From the NCBI GenBank assembly GCA_026025075.1, contig JAPEUI010000031.1:62001-126000 (forward strand): a stretch of 64,000 nt of DNA. The letters run 5' to 3'. The notes beneath the pieces were generated by a model, which saw only the letters and a program-made list of their open reading frames with translations, did not search any database and was not told the DNA's origin. The position numbers and the translations under genes are program-made. Positions within the stretch are counted from its first letter, which is position 1. Every line of letters starts with the position of its first letter. The stretch comes from Vezdaea acicularis (Eukaryota). Below, one piece after another: positions 48,530 through 61,113 of this stretch.

Positions 48530-48855
48530 GGTGGAAACGTCATAAGATGTGCCATGCATACTGTGTGTCTCTGTTTTTGTCTGACTACCTTGTACTAACA
48601 CCCTACTCGACATGTGTCAGTTGCATTGGTTGGGTATCCAATTTCTTTGGCAGGCGTTTAGGCATTTCGTAATGTTGGAAGGTGGGGTGGGACTAGCTTT
48701 AAATTAAACATGCATCTTAACATGAAGAATCTCGAAAATACCAATCAAATGCTCCTGCCTGCAGTGAAAGTCGCTGTGCCTATTCTAAGCCATATGCCAT
48801 GCAACGCTAAGGGTAAGTGCGAGAAGTAGGCGCCGTTCCTTCAATCGTTATATCA

Positions 48856-49448
48856 TTACTTCTTTCCCTTTTTCTTCTTCTTCCCTCCACTAAGCTCGTT
48901 CTTGCCTGCTACAGCTTTCTTTTCTGCAACCTGGGCGCTAGTCTCTACTGGTGGTGTTGCGACAGCTACTTCTACTGCCTTCTCGTCCTTTGCCTCGGCA
49001 TTTACGGTATCTTATCTGCGGTCAGTATATGATAATCCCTTGAGGACCCTCTCAAGGAAGTTACCGTCAATCTCTTCGATCTCCTGCCCCGACATCAACT
49101 TTCCGAGTCTCCCTAAGCTTGCTACCAATCGACCCACTTCCGCTGCCTTGTCTGTGCGATATTTGAGAGAGGTGCCTGAAACTGGATCATAAGTCCTTAA
49201 AGTCAACGTGGCCACTGTCGAAGGCGCAGTTGCAGACGGGTCAGGAGGCGGTTGCTTCGCCGTCTTAAAATGCACTTTGGCGGCTTTCTTGGGGTTTGGA
49301 ACATTGTATTTAGTGGTTATCTTGGTCTATGCCTCTGGGTCAGTAGGGCTGGACTGTAATTGTGAGAACTCCTTACAGTAGATGGTCGGGCTTGCAGCAA
49401 TAGAGCGGACTGCTTCAGCCATGACTGAGAAGTTTCTAGATACGGCAT
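48856..49448 (-). CDS. SRP21: Signal recognition particle subunit SRP9/Srp21 (2 introns)
   Basis: Exon 1 MPYLETSQSWLKQSALLLQARPST. Exon 2 TKITTKY..LTLRTYDPVSGTSLKYRTDKAAEVGRL. Exon 3 ends GGKKKKKGKK. Confidence 0.88.
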
Positions 49449-49572
49449 TGTATCTGCGATTAAGTAATTATGGTGGTAGCCGGGAAATCTTCAAGCTGCA
49501 TTGTATTTGGTGGGGTGTGGGAACGACCTGTGGCCCCACACCAGCCGTCCCCTCCACAAAGACCGCCAAAAA

Positions 49573-51178
49573 ATGCCTAATAGAGAGGTCGCCGGGGATG
49601 CCACCGGTGCAGAAGTGGAAAATGAGAAAAATGATAAAGGACAAGACAGGTTGATCGGGAGCCTCTTGAGCAAATGCCGAGTCCTGCTTCAAGAGATAGA
49701 GGAATTCAGGGCTTATTTGGCTGCTCAGAAGAAAGAGTCGAAAGTCGAGCTCCGCCAATTTAGAAACAGCGTACTATCAGAGCTGAGATCTCTCGAGAAG
49801 GTAAAAAGCGCCATTTCTATACAGTCAATCTTCATGCTATGGTTACTGTTCACTGAATTCGACTTCCCTAAAGCTATCTCTAGTAGACCAGGAAGCAGAA
49901 CGTACAACACACACGCTCCGCTCCTCAAACCTTCCTTTCTATAATGCGGTATGGGCCAGCGCAAAACGCTCTACAGAGCTTGTAGCGTTTAGTAAGCGAT
50001 TCTACTACCCGCTCACTCCTGCTCAGACCAAAGACAAGTTCTCTAAGAAAGCGTTCGATCCTAAAAGGCCACCACAAGCATGTGCTCTCGTCGACGTTGT
50101 CTCATCTAATGGCCTGCAATGGACAAAAGTCTCCTGCATAACCGCAACGCGCATCGGCTTTGACTTAGCAAACCTAGGCTATGATAGCGCGAGTAGTGAA
50201 GGGTTCGATGACGACGAAGATGGCGAAGGGGATCTACCTCTTGTCAAGATGGCGAGGGGGCTGATTCGTGCCGCAAGTGCGACAACAGTCAGGTATATGC
50301 ATCCCGAAGTACATCTAGTGCTTCCAAATCTCTCGCCGTCAGCTCATACGAGCATCGGCCCACTTCTTGATACTTTAAGAATGCTTGGTATCCAAGTTCA
50401 CTTGCCGCCCCTTTCTGATCCCGCTCCACTATCTGCTGTTCTCCCAGCACTTGCACCAGCAACCTCTCATCCTTTCACCGAAACTGTAAATGTAGACTGC
50501 ACTCTCCTGCTCGCCCTTCTCTCGGATCTCTCCCACGAAACTTCTATCCCTACGTCTCAACTACATCCTTTCATCCGCCGCCAAATCGCACGAGAAGAAG
50601 AACATCAGATGCTTCCTCGTATGCTCTACCCGGTATTGGAGGGGAGGTGGCTGACATGTACGGCCGCTGCCGCCCAGAGGATGAGAGAAATCGTGGATAT
50701 GATTGGTACCAAGGGTGAAAAGGCACGAATGGATATACTGATGGGATGGAGGAAATCTGAGGGTGTTGAAGGGGAGAAGTTGAGGAGGGAGTTCCAAAGT
50801 CTTAGTAGGTGGCCTGTGCCAGAAGGGCTCGAGATGCCTGTGAAGGTCATTGAAGTGGACGTAGCTGCGCTCCTAAGGGAGGGAAAGTTACCGCTATGTG
50901 CTAAGCTAGTTGATGAAAGGCTTGCGGGCGTGAACAAGAGCGTATTCCTCTACGGTTGGGCGGAGGGAATAACAACACTGACTAGTAATCGTGGAGTGGA
51001 GAAGGTAATCAGAGGATTGCTGCAGAAAGAAGAGGAGGTTCGGGGACCTGACGTTTGGGTCTGCGAAGTTGCAAGGAGTCTGGTCGGAAAAGAAAAAGGG
51101 GGAGTTTGGGCAACGAATGGGAGTAGAAGCGAGGACGAAACAAGCGATGCGCATGAGGATTCGAGAACTTCAGAATGA
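49573..51178 (+). CDS. DUF1308 (UPF0415 / C7orf25-like) protein
   Basis: Exon 1 49573-49800, exon 2 from about 49874. Motifs LRSSNLPFY, LVDVV..GLQWTKVS, VNVDCTLLLALLSDLSH, TTLTSN, ARSLVGK. Confidence 0.8.
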
Positions 51179-51364
51179 ACTGGATCGGAAAGGGTTCATT
51201 GCCTCTATAGAAAACAGAGAGGACGAATGTGATTCCAACGCCTTGGTATGCATCCACCGTACCGTACTACGCTCAACCCATCAAAAGCAGACAAACAAAG
51301 CTGACCAACCTGCTTCAATACAAAATAACCCCCACAAATTACGAAGCCGAGGCCGCTTGTACGA

Positions 51365-53270
51365 TCAATCGTCCTTTGCCGTGAGGCCCTTGCGTTCTTC
51401 CGAATCCCGGTGAGACTCGTCGTCGGACCACTTATCCACATCCTCGCCCACTGCGAAGATTGTCTCTTCTGCATCGAGCGACTCTCTGGGCCTTCGCGCT
51501 CCAGGTTCTACCTTCGGCGCAGCATTTCCATTGGGAGCAGCGACGCGAGGAGTGTGTTCGCCGGAGTGACCGGACTCTTCATCGTCGAGGGAGTTTCGCA
51601 CAGAGGCGAATTCAAAGGTGTCATCTTGGGCAATCTGCGTTTCTCGTTAGTCGTAAACTTTGCTATCTCCAATGCGTAGCATACCTCGTCACTCATCGCG
51701 AATCTTCTATTATTAGCTGTTGGTCGCCACAAATACGCAACAAAGCCAATGTCGAAAAGATAAACGAGATTTAACCATCCATCTAAGATGAACCAGCGTG
51801 TCTGCCAGTGTTCCGGAACAAAGTCTGGATTGCTTCGGCCTGCGAAGGTGAAAGAGTTGATGAAGAAGAAGCCGAAGATGACCATCACGCTGCCAAGAAT
51901 ACACCACCACAGCTTCTTATACATCATGGCTTTTACAGTCTGCTTTCTGTCTATGAGATCTTTCATAGTCATACCGAGCGCGTTTAGCGTCCACACATAG
52001 AAGGCTGTAAGGGTACCTGCGAGAGGTAGAATAACGAGTAAGACAAGTGGTCCGGCGGTGTCTGGTGTGACTGTCAAGCTGGCAATAGCATAGATGACGC
52101 CGAAGACGAAGTGGGCAATCGCAAGGCCGCGAACGATGAGCATTTGCTTGCCCAGGCTAGGCTTTACAACGCCGTAGCCCATGCAGACGATGAGTAGGAG
52201 AAAGAAGGAGAAAGAGTTGCGTCCGGCGTTGAGGATAGAGACGATGATTAAAAGTACTTTAGCGAGAGCATTTGAGCCATGCCGGTTTTGATAATCTGAT
52301 ATGATCAGCGATGAAACCATTTCGACGTTGAGAGACCCTTACCGTAGAAGCCCCAAGTCATTAGCATTTCAATGACTAGAAAAATTATAATGGCTGTGAT
52401 ATAATTCTGTACGGGTACTAGATGTTGATTAGCGGTGTGGGTGCTGAGAGATTGTGGGAGGCTCACGGATGTCCGAACGGTGCTGTACGTAGAGGAATGC
52501 CCAGAATCTGCCAAACTTAGTGTGAAAAGGGTTAAACAGAGGGAAGAACTTACACTCCTATGACTGCGTAAAGAATCGTAAGGCCACCATAGAAGGGAAG
52601 TTTTGCAATGTTGGCTGCAGCAAGCTCGCCGTACGCGTTCCGGAATTCGACCGTTCCCTTGTAATCTTGATTGCTGAATGCATACGTTCCAACACAGTAG
52701 TACCCAGTCTTCTTTATCGAATACTTGATTTCATGGGGATCTTTAAGATGTATGGCTTCCGTAGAGATCTGATTCTGGGCCTTTTGCGACGCGCTATCTT
52801 TGAGGATGTAGGCCCCAAGAGAGCTGTCGTTGCATAGCTTTGCTTCAATGGTCCTCACATCGCAGATGACTTCCTTCTGCAAGAATAGTGTGGTCAGTCT
52901 AGAGTCCTTTTCAGAAGAGTATGAGATGGCTCCGACCTGTAAATCATCCGGCGACGCAAGCTTCCCGATATACATCTCGTCCCGCCATTCGTAGATGATG
53001 ATACTGACTAAAGGATCCGAGTCGCCTTCGGATATTTCTTTCTCAAGCTTTAAAGAGATATATGGGTCCACCGAGCCACCCCATGACTTCTTGCTGTACA
53101 TCCCCGAGCATTTCGTCCGCTTGTCATCGGTTTGGTCCTATACAATACAACATCAGCTTACCGCCGAGTAAAGGGAGGGCTTCAGGGAAACGTACTATTT
53201 GCTCTACACTGGCCCTGACTCCTAGCACAAGAAGCGCTAGAAGTGTGAGCGACAGCAACCATCGGTTCAT
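51365..53270 (-). CDS. PTM1: Ptm1 / lung seven-TM (GOST) family membrane protein (multi-intron)
   Basis: Signal peptide MNRWLLSLTLL, CSGMYSKKSWGG, KKTGYYCV, FRNAYGEL, LNAGRNSFSFFLLLIVCMGYGVVKP, WRPTANNRRFAMSDE. Confidence 0.9.
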
Positions 53271-53830
53271 GATTGCATCTGTCGGACTTATTTGGATTGA
53301 TCGGGCTGAAGCCTGAGGTAAGAACACGGGGAACTTTCCCTAAATTTCCGTTCTTTCGCTTGAGTAGATTGCGGATTTTGCCGGTTTGCACGAATGCTTT
53401 TTTGGTTCGTAGCGAAATGATAGCTAGAACGTTGGACATTCCCCCCACTACATGACTCTGCCTCTATCATCATCCCACTTCCCTGCTTACAAGGTCAGTC
53501 GTTACATATAGAGATTCCGACTGTCCGAACAGCGCATCGCTCCGAAGCAATTAAATCCTAGCCACAAGCCATTCGAGACAAGTCGAAGCCTCGTCAATAT
53601 CAATCTCGAATAGGATCAAAGCCATATTGCCAACAAAAGCTTCTGCCTCCCAAAACTCTTCCGTGTCACATCGCTCCAGTTTCTCCATAACCATCGAAGC
53701 ACAGCGCTCTTGCAGTCAAGAAGTGTCGACGGGTCATCGGGTCAATAGCTGATACACACCCTGCTTGAACGCTTCGACATCCATAAAAGTCCCACCTAGG
53801 ACTTTAGGTCGCAGGCGTTGAGATGCCAAT

Positions 53831-54469
53831 ATGCCGACCGATGAATTCCAAGAATACGTCACCTCTCCCTATGACTTCTATGCCCTGCTCTCTCTCGACC
53901 CCTCCGCCACTCCCAAGGACGTGCAGCGCAGCTACCGCCTCGCATCCTTAAAGTCTCATCCAGATAAGAACCCCGACGACCCACTCGCTGCCTCGAACTT
54001 CCACCTTCTCGGCATCGCGAAGGGTATCCTCTCTACGCCCGCCCTCAAAGAGCAATACGACAACCTTAGGGCCGCAAAGCTGCAAAAGCAGCGTCAAAAT
54101 GAGCTCTTCGACAAGAAGCGGAGAACTATGAAGGAGAACCTCGAGGCAAGGGAAGGAAGGGCGGGTGGGAAGCGGAACAGGACGGATTCGGAGGATGAGA
54201 GTGAGAGGAGGGCGATGGAGATTAGGAGGTTGGCAGAGGATGGGAAGAGGAGGCGAAAGGAAATGGCAGAGGCTGTGAGAAAGGCCGAGGCGGAGGCGGA
54301 GGAGCTAGAGAAAAGAAGGAGAGATGATACAGAAGGCATATCGGCGAAGAAGTCGAGTACGCGCACAGCAGACCCTAAGTCTGGAGGAGCGGGAGATGCG
54401 GAGGCAGCTCCACTGGCGGCGGATTTCGAGGCCAGCATACTAGAGAAGATGATGAAAGCCGATGGTTGA
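53831..54469 (+). CDS. CWC23: DnaJ-domain spliceosomal co-chaperone Cwc23/DNAJC17-like (short form)
   Basis: J-domain with HPDKNP, followed by a coiled region (KRRTMKENLEARE; IRRLAEDGKRRR) and terminal FEASILEKM. Confidence 0.72.
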   Translation: MPTDEFQEYVTSPYDFYALLSLDPSATPKDVQRSYRLASLKSHPDKNPDDPLAASNFHLLGIAKGILSTPALKEQYDNLRAAKLQKQRQNELFDKKRRTMKENLEAREGRAGGKRNRTDSEDESERRAMEIRRLAEDGKRRRKEMAEAVRKAEAEAEELEKRRRDDTEGISAKKSSTRTADPKSGGAGDAEAAPLAADFEASILEKMMKADG

Positions 54470-54578
54470 ACATCACTACGCACAATTACATGCATCATGA
54501 GTGAGCGCAGCATAATGTGAGATGCCTCTCTCTGGCTAAACTATTAACGACACACACAAATATACATACACCTACCTT

Positions 54579-55835
54579 CTACCCCTCCCGCTCCCTCTCC
54601 GCATGCCAAGCAGGCACAAACGCCCTCACCCCAACTCCTCCTTCCTCCCTATCTCCCACCCCCGCCCCAACCACGAACCTCCCCCTCTCCGCCCCCTTGC
54701 CAGTCATAGCCTCCAGCCTACAAAGCGCCAACCCCACATTCCCCACCCCACCCAACCACCTGCCCACACTCCTCCCCCTCGGCCCACTCCCCACTAACTT
54801 GATATCCCCACCTGCCTGCAGCCCCCCCGCCAGATCCCCTACTCGTGGGTCATACACCGGCCCATCCACTTGCTCTGCCACCCCACCTCCGTCTTCGTCA
54901 GAAGAGTATAGCTGAACGGGCAGGATCCGTTTCCTCAGCACGCCCGTATGCCGCGTGCGGATCGTCAGTTCCTGCCCAACGTAGCAACCCTTCCTGTAAT
55001 CCACACCACGCATGAGATCCATGTTGCTCTCTGCCGGCAGGGCCGCTTCTCGGATCAATTCGCGCGGCCCTTCGGGGACCCCTTGGAGGAGCCGGTGGAG
55101 TGTGTAGGCCGCGAGTGGGCTTTCGGGGGTAAGTGGTGGTTGGAGGGGGTTCGGGTTGGAGGCGGGGCGGAGGAGGACTCGAGTGCCGAGGGCGGGGGCG
55201 CGTGGGTCGTGGAAGGTTAGGAAGGGGCCGTTGGTGGGTGTGTCTGAGGGCGTGAGAGGCGGTTGGGTTCGCCATATCGCCCAGACGCTGAGTTCTTCGA
55301 CATCTAGGAGCCGTAAGGTGAGTTTGGCGCGCAGCTTGTAACGCTTTAGGTGGTTTAATAGCCGTTCGGCGTCCCTGGCATCGACATCGATTAGGAAGAC
55401 AGGCTCGTTGTTTAGGGGGGCTCCGCTGGCGGTGGGGGCGGGGGGGAGAGGTGAGGGGGCGGAGAGGCTGTGGTTGGAGATGTTGTAGATGAAGAGGTCG
55501 TGGAGAATGCGGCCTTGTGCGTTGAGGAGGGCGGTGTAGACCCCCGGGGCTTCGGAGGAAGGGGAGGAGGTTGAGGAGGAGGCAAGCGGGACGTTGTTGC
55601 TGATTAGACCATTGAGAAAGTGTGCGCTGTCGGGGCCAGTGAGGGAGAGGAGACGCCGGTTAGTGAGGTGCACGACGCCGTGGGGAGGAGGGGGAGCGGG
55701 GAGCGTGGAGTAGGAGCGGCGGGACGGGCGGAGCGGGCGGAGAGGATGGGGGCGTAAGCGGAGGAGGGCAGAGGACGGGCGGAGGGGCGGAGGGCGGGAG
55801 AGGCAGCGGAGACAGCAGGCTGACGGTACTGCCAT
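54579..55835 (-). CDS. IBA57: Mitochondrial Fe-S assembly factor Iba57/Caf17 (YgfZ/GcvT family)
   Basis: Presequence-like Arg-rich N-terminus, GPDSAHFLNGL, LNAQGRILHD, DPR, signature KGCYVGQEL. Confidence 0.93.
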   Translation of the reverse strand: MAVPSACCLRCLSRPPPLRPSSALLRLRPHPLRPLRPSRRSYSTLPAPPPPHGVVHLTNRRLLSLTGPDSAHFLNGLISNNVPLASSSTSSPSSEAPGVYTALLNAQGRILHDLFIYNISNHSLSAPSPLPPAPTASGAPLNNEPVFLIDVDARDAERLLNHLKRYKLRAKLTLRLLDVEELSVWAIWRTQPPLTPSDTPTNGPFLTFHDPRAPALGTRVLLRPASNPNPLQPPLTPESPLAAYTLHRLLQGVPEGPRELIREAALPAESNMDLMRGVDYRKGCYVGQELTIRTRHTGVLRKRILPVQLYSSDEDGGGVAEQVDGPVYDPRVGDLAGGLQAGGDIKLVGSGPRGRSVGRWLGGVGNVGLALCRLEAMTGKGAERGRFVVGAGVGDREEGGVGVRAFVPAWHAEREREG

Positions 55836-58800
55836 GTTTGTGAGAGTTGGGGGCTTAGTTGGTGCGAGAGGTGAGACCTGCTCGAAGCTCGAGTATTTTT
55901 TGGATGACCGACGTCACCAGTGGCTAAGGCTTGGCCCATGCAGGGATGATCATCAACTCCGGCATGTCATGAGAAGAGCGACATTCACTCTATTTGCACA
56001 TGTGAGGAGTTGAAAAAAAGCAATGCAGTGAGTGATATTGGGAAGAGATGCGAAGTGGTCAGTCAGCGCGTCGATTTACTAGTTGCAGTCGATCATCGAC
56101 GTTCGTGATAGATCGGCGGCTCTTCTCACGTGGGCTGACGCACGATAGGGGGGTAACATTTACATCTTAGCTATTCACATGAGTTGAAAAGGACAGGCCA
56201 GGTTTCAAGTTTGATAAATTAACACGTCCTCCTTGCGCAGTTGTTTTAGATCCAAGGTTGCTGTGGTAAAGGGAAAGTTTCTCGTGATCATCACGCAAGC
56301 TTATGCCTCGGTTGTAGCCACCTCGTCTAGTCCAAAGGAAGGGAAGGGCCGAGAAAGCAAAAATGTCTTGACATGCCAAGGTGGGATCGCAATGAGCCCC
56401 ACAAGCCGGCATCTGTGATCGAAATCCTCCCAGCCAGAGCCAGGCGTGAGGAATCCATGGCATCTTGCCACAGCACGAGCATTCTCGTCGAGAGCTCGCA
56501 CGGCATGGTGATCCGTCATCGGGCCTGCCACCTTGAAGCCGGAAAAGTCCTCGCGTCAAAATGCAAGCCCGATATTATTGATAATGCCACGCGGCTGATG
56601 CAAGTTGGAGGAGCAGCAATAGCAGCAACAGTAGCGCACCGATCACACAGTTCGAACGGAAGGCAAGTTCCAGATGGCGCGCCTCTCTGTCTGGCAGAAT
56701 AGAATTGTAGTCGGAAACCGGGAAAAGGTGTGGGCAGATACGCAAGCTATGGCAAGCACCGCATCGTGGAGGAGGGAAGATGAGGCCAATGAGAGACGTG
56801 CCAACCCGAGCGCAGCCTCAACACTCATCACCACCCTTCTCTCACCATGCGTTTCGGGCCCGGGATGTTGCAAGAACGTCAAGCGTTGAAGCCGGCTGGG
56901 GCAGAGCGAGATGAGGTTTGCTGAGATCGGCCCAGTTCCGTCTCTCGATGGCCCAGGATGCAATAATAATGCGGCAAGACGCAAAGCAAGTAAGCGTGGA
57001 GTCGTTCCAACCGAAGTCCGTCCCCAGTCCGTGAGCCGGTCAGTTGGTCATTCGGTCGGTCTCGAGAGTCAAATCGATCAGTCAATCGATGCCGCCAAAA
57101 AAACATATCTTACCATCTTAGATGTCGGGACTCAACACTAACTACTGTGCTCACAGGCAGCTGCAACTGCCAACCACCGCCCTGGCCCACCCATGACCAC
57201 GCTAGGTGACCGCACAGCGCAGATGCTCGGTTTCGCTAGGTTTGGGCTCCATCGCGATGTTCCATCCATTAACCGCAACTGCCACCACCGGCTTGCTGAG
57301 TTTGCGTCACTCGGCGAATTACTGCACGAGCCTGTGCCCAATCGACACTATCGACACGGCGGCCGTCTGATACACACGGAACGCGGACTTGCTGAGAAGA
57401 TCGATGCCTGCATCGAAACCCCGTCGTGCTACTGTCGTCGCTCGTTCGATAGGGTCGACCGTTGGCACAGGCGTGCAGAAGGAAGGCCGTGATTTGAGGG
57501 AATGAGTGACCTGGTGATACGGCACTGGGGGTGGGGCAGAAGCGGCCGTGACTGGGCCATGCTGCGAGAGAGTCTCTCTTTGCTTTCCTTTTAGTCGCCC
57601 CCCAAGATCAACGACGGACGCTGCATTGGTATTCGCGGATGAACAAATAATGATACGGTGGGGCGACAAAGGGACCACTTCCGAGTGCCGTCGAAAGCGA
57701 GCCCGCAATCCCGCAAGCCAGCAGGCGAAACAAGGCCTGGCCTTGATGAAGCTTTGACCGTGCTGCGCCGGCGGAAGGGGGTGGAACAAACGCCTCTCGC
57801 CAGCCGGTGTCGTTTCCCTTTCTCTCTTTCTTGTGGAATCACTCAGATAAACTAACGTATTGTCGTTCCAGGATGGGGAGGGGCTAAGATGACGCTCTGA
57901 TTGGCAGCCCAGTGCATACTTGCGCGCGTGTGTGTGCGAAAGGTGCAAGGGAACTGAGCCTTGTTCCTTCACATCCACATCCTCATCTCACGTCCATCTT
58001 CAATATCCAAGAACAGCATCAGACCGGCGATTGGGCGCAGACGGGACGGGGTTGGGATGCGCCTGACACGAGGGGGCAAAATTCAATCGGACAATCAATC
58101 AATCGGGATCAGTACGAGGATGGACGACGGCGACGGCGAAAAAGGTGAGACGGGGGATGGACGCCGGCTTAATCGACTGCAGGCCCGTGAGCATCGAAGT
58201 AACAACCAAAAGGATGAATACAGTCAAACGGTCGCTGCTGCTGCTGGGATCGGATCCGAGGGTGCCAAAGTCACTCGTTTAGTGCATTTCGCAGCGGATT
58301 GTGGACTTTGTGGATTAATGGAGTTGCACCGGAAGCATCCCTGGGCACGAGGGAAACACCGCCCCGGGGTGGGAGGGGAGAGGGGGGGTGGTAAGAGAGA
58401 AGGGGGCGCTACGGTGGGGGAAGAATTGAAATGATACAGAGGACAGGGCAAGTGACAGGCCGTCGAGGCAGCAGAGGAGCCCAGCTTTGTCGGATGGTGC
58501 GTGAGTTGGTTGGAACGATTGGGATGGTTGAATGGAACGCCTTGGGGGGCATTGAGCCTTGGAGCCCTTTCAGCCTTTGAGCCTTTGAGCTCCGACCACC
58601 TGGACCTCCGTTGACCTCATCCCATGCGGCTTTGGATCCCACACGACGCACGCGCAGCGGAGCCAGGCTGCGTCACGGCGTCCGCACAAGTTTCTGGTCG
58701 AGTCGCGGAGAAGCGCACAGGCACCGGAAAGTGATGGGTGAAGTTTTCGATCAGCATTAGCCCGCGCGCAAGGGGCCTTGTCCGGCGGCCTGGCCACGGG

Positions 58801-59528
58801 CGTCGTCTGGCGGCCTTGCGCTCTGCTGGGGACACGCAAGACGCAGCTCGCTCCGGCCCCAAAAAAGGATCGTTGAAGTTACATGGCACGAACGAGGAGG
58901 GGCCGGGTGCAGGAAGGTTTCGAAGGACGGACGGGGTTCGGGTCGGCGTGGTCGGCCGGTACGGGCTTAGGCTGGCCCTCTGCATCAGGAGCAGTCGCGG
59001 CATCACACGCATCTTTCATCTTCCGCCCGTTCGCCGCACGACGAAGGGGACGCGGGCGCGCGAAGCCAAGGAAAAGCGGCGGCACTTCTGTTCTGGCAAA
59101 AGACGCGCCCACCCCCAACCCCCAAGGGCTCACGCAAGTTCCCAAGGCCCCTCGCACGTCCCACTCATTGCCTCGCCTTACATCCCAGTTGGCTTGCTCG
59201 CTCGCCTGCTCACTCGCCCTTTCGCATCGGTCGTGCTCGCATCCGCATCATCAAACCCACACGGCCGCTGCTGTAACAGCTGCGCACGCCAGCCGCACCG
59301 ACCTTTTCTTGTCTCTCACGCGCGGGCTGCGCGACCCGCCCACCACGCGCTAGAGTCGAAAGCATCGACGCCGCCCGAACGACCGACCGACCGCCGCCCA
59401 CACGGTCAGTAGAACTCGCGCCGTGCCCGTCTCTCTGCGGCACCCCTCTGCCCACCGTCGTTGATTGGACGCCGGTGGCCATCCCTCATTGGCTCCCCCC
59501 TTACCCTCATGCGGACGGAGTCTCAAGC

Positions 59529-59700
59529 GATGAAGAGATGAAGAGATGAAGAGATGAAGAGATGAGAGAAAGGGAAGAGGGAGCAAGCAAGCCGAGCGCT
59601 GCCCGCCGCTGCGGTTCCCCGCCCTCCACCGCTCTCCCACGGCCCCTGCCCCATCGAGATTGTGGCAGGCGAGGAAAGAGGAAAGAGGAAAGAGGAAAGA
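59529..59700 (+). repeat. Purine microsatellites (GATGAAGA)x4 and (GAGGAAA)x4
   Basis: Visible at 59529-59563 and 59671-59700. Confidence 0.85.
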
Positions 59701-60736
59701 GCGTTCGAAGCAGATGGAAGAGGAAGAAAGCCAATGGCGCCTTCCATTTCCTCTCGTCCATTCCGCCCTCCTTCCCCCCCCCGTCCGCCCTCGGCCCCTT
59801 CCCCATGCACATTGGTCGAGCGAGAGAAGGGCCCCTCGCGCCTTCCCTCGTCCCTCGCCTATCACGGCTGCTGATCGAGTCGATATGCGCCTCCCACCGA
59901 CTATCACTCACTCCCTCCCTCCCTCACTCCCTCACTTCACTCATGCTTTTCAAGCCTTTTACGCCTTCAACGCTGTCTCTCTCGCGCACCGTCCGCTTCG
60001 GCCGGCGTCAAGGGATCTCGAGCTACTGGACGTAGCGGTGTCTCTTCCTCCATCTCACAAGCAACCGTGTGTCGGGGCGAATGAAGGACGCGTGAGACGA
60101 CGACGCATGGTCGCGAGACTGGCAGAGCGCGAGAAGTGAAGTGCGAGCAGCGACGGCCGATACACCGACCGACGTACCTTACTCTGCTCGTCCTAGTCCC
60201 GCCGAAGGGCCCAAGCGGAGCTCCGTTCGACGCCGGAACATCTGTTAGCCTGATGCATCGTTGCACTCACCACCCCCTCCTCACCTCCCTCTCTCTCTCC
60301 TCTCTCCGTGACAAGCACACTAGCTTTCGTCAAAGTCGTCCCGACGCAGTGGTGGTCTGAGGACGAGACCATTGATTGATGGACGGACTGAGGGACGGGC
60401 TTGCCCTGGTGACATCGAGCCGCGCCTCATTCGCTCATCCAGCAGCAGCATCGGCCCACAGACCTTGTTGGTGACAGGATATGCAGCAGCCGTTCCAGCA
60501 CTCGCCCCCCTTCTCCGCCCTGCTTGGCCGCTACCTGCTACGACCACCTCGACTATCGGGCCCTGGTACTGGACAACTCTCGTACCGTCAAATGCCGGCG
60601 GCGGCGAGCCTTTGACTTTTCTTTCGAGACGCGCAGATGCGTAGAAAACGAGAGACAACGGGAACGGGCGACGGATCAGCCTTCTGCTTGTCCGGTCTGG
60701 TCTGGTCATTCATGCCCCACCGTGCGAGCTAATCAC

Positions 60737-61113
60737 GAATGAATGAACGAGTGAATGAATGAGCGAGTGAATGGATGACCCCATCGACTAACTTAGTCCG
60801 AGCGAGCGAGCTCGACACAATCAATCAAAGCTCTCTGTCCTTTCCGCCCGCCTTTTTGCCCCATTCATCCAAAGCCAACATTTGCGGCCAAACGACGAAG
60901 TGAATACTCGCACCACTCTGACCACTCTGACCACTCTGTTTCTCCGCGCCTCGCTGCCTACCGGGTGCTGGTGCTGGTGCTGCTTCTGCTGCTCCTGGTA
61001 CAGCTGCAACAGCGCTGCTGCCCCTTCCACCCTCCGCCCCTCGCTCTCCGTACGTAACCTTGCACATATCTTCCTTGCTTGTCTCCTTGTCTGCGTGCGT
61101 GCGTGCGTGCGTG
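60737..61113 (+). repeat. Microsatellite cluster: (GAAT)n, (ACCACTCTG)x3, (GGTGCT)x3, (GCGT)x5
   Basis: Visible at 60737-60775, 60912-60938, 60964-60981 and 61093-61113. Confidence 0.8.
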
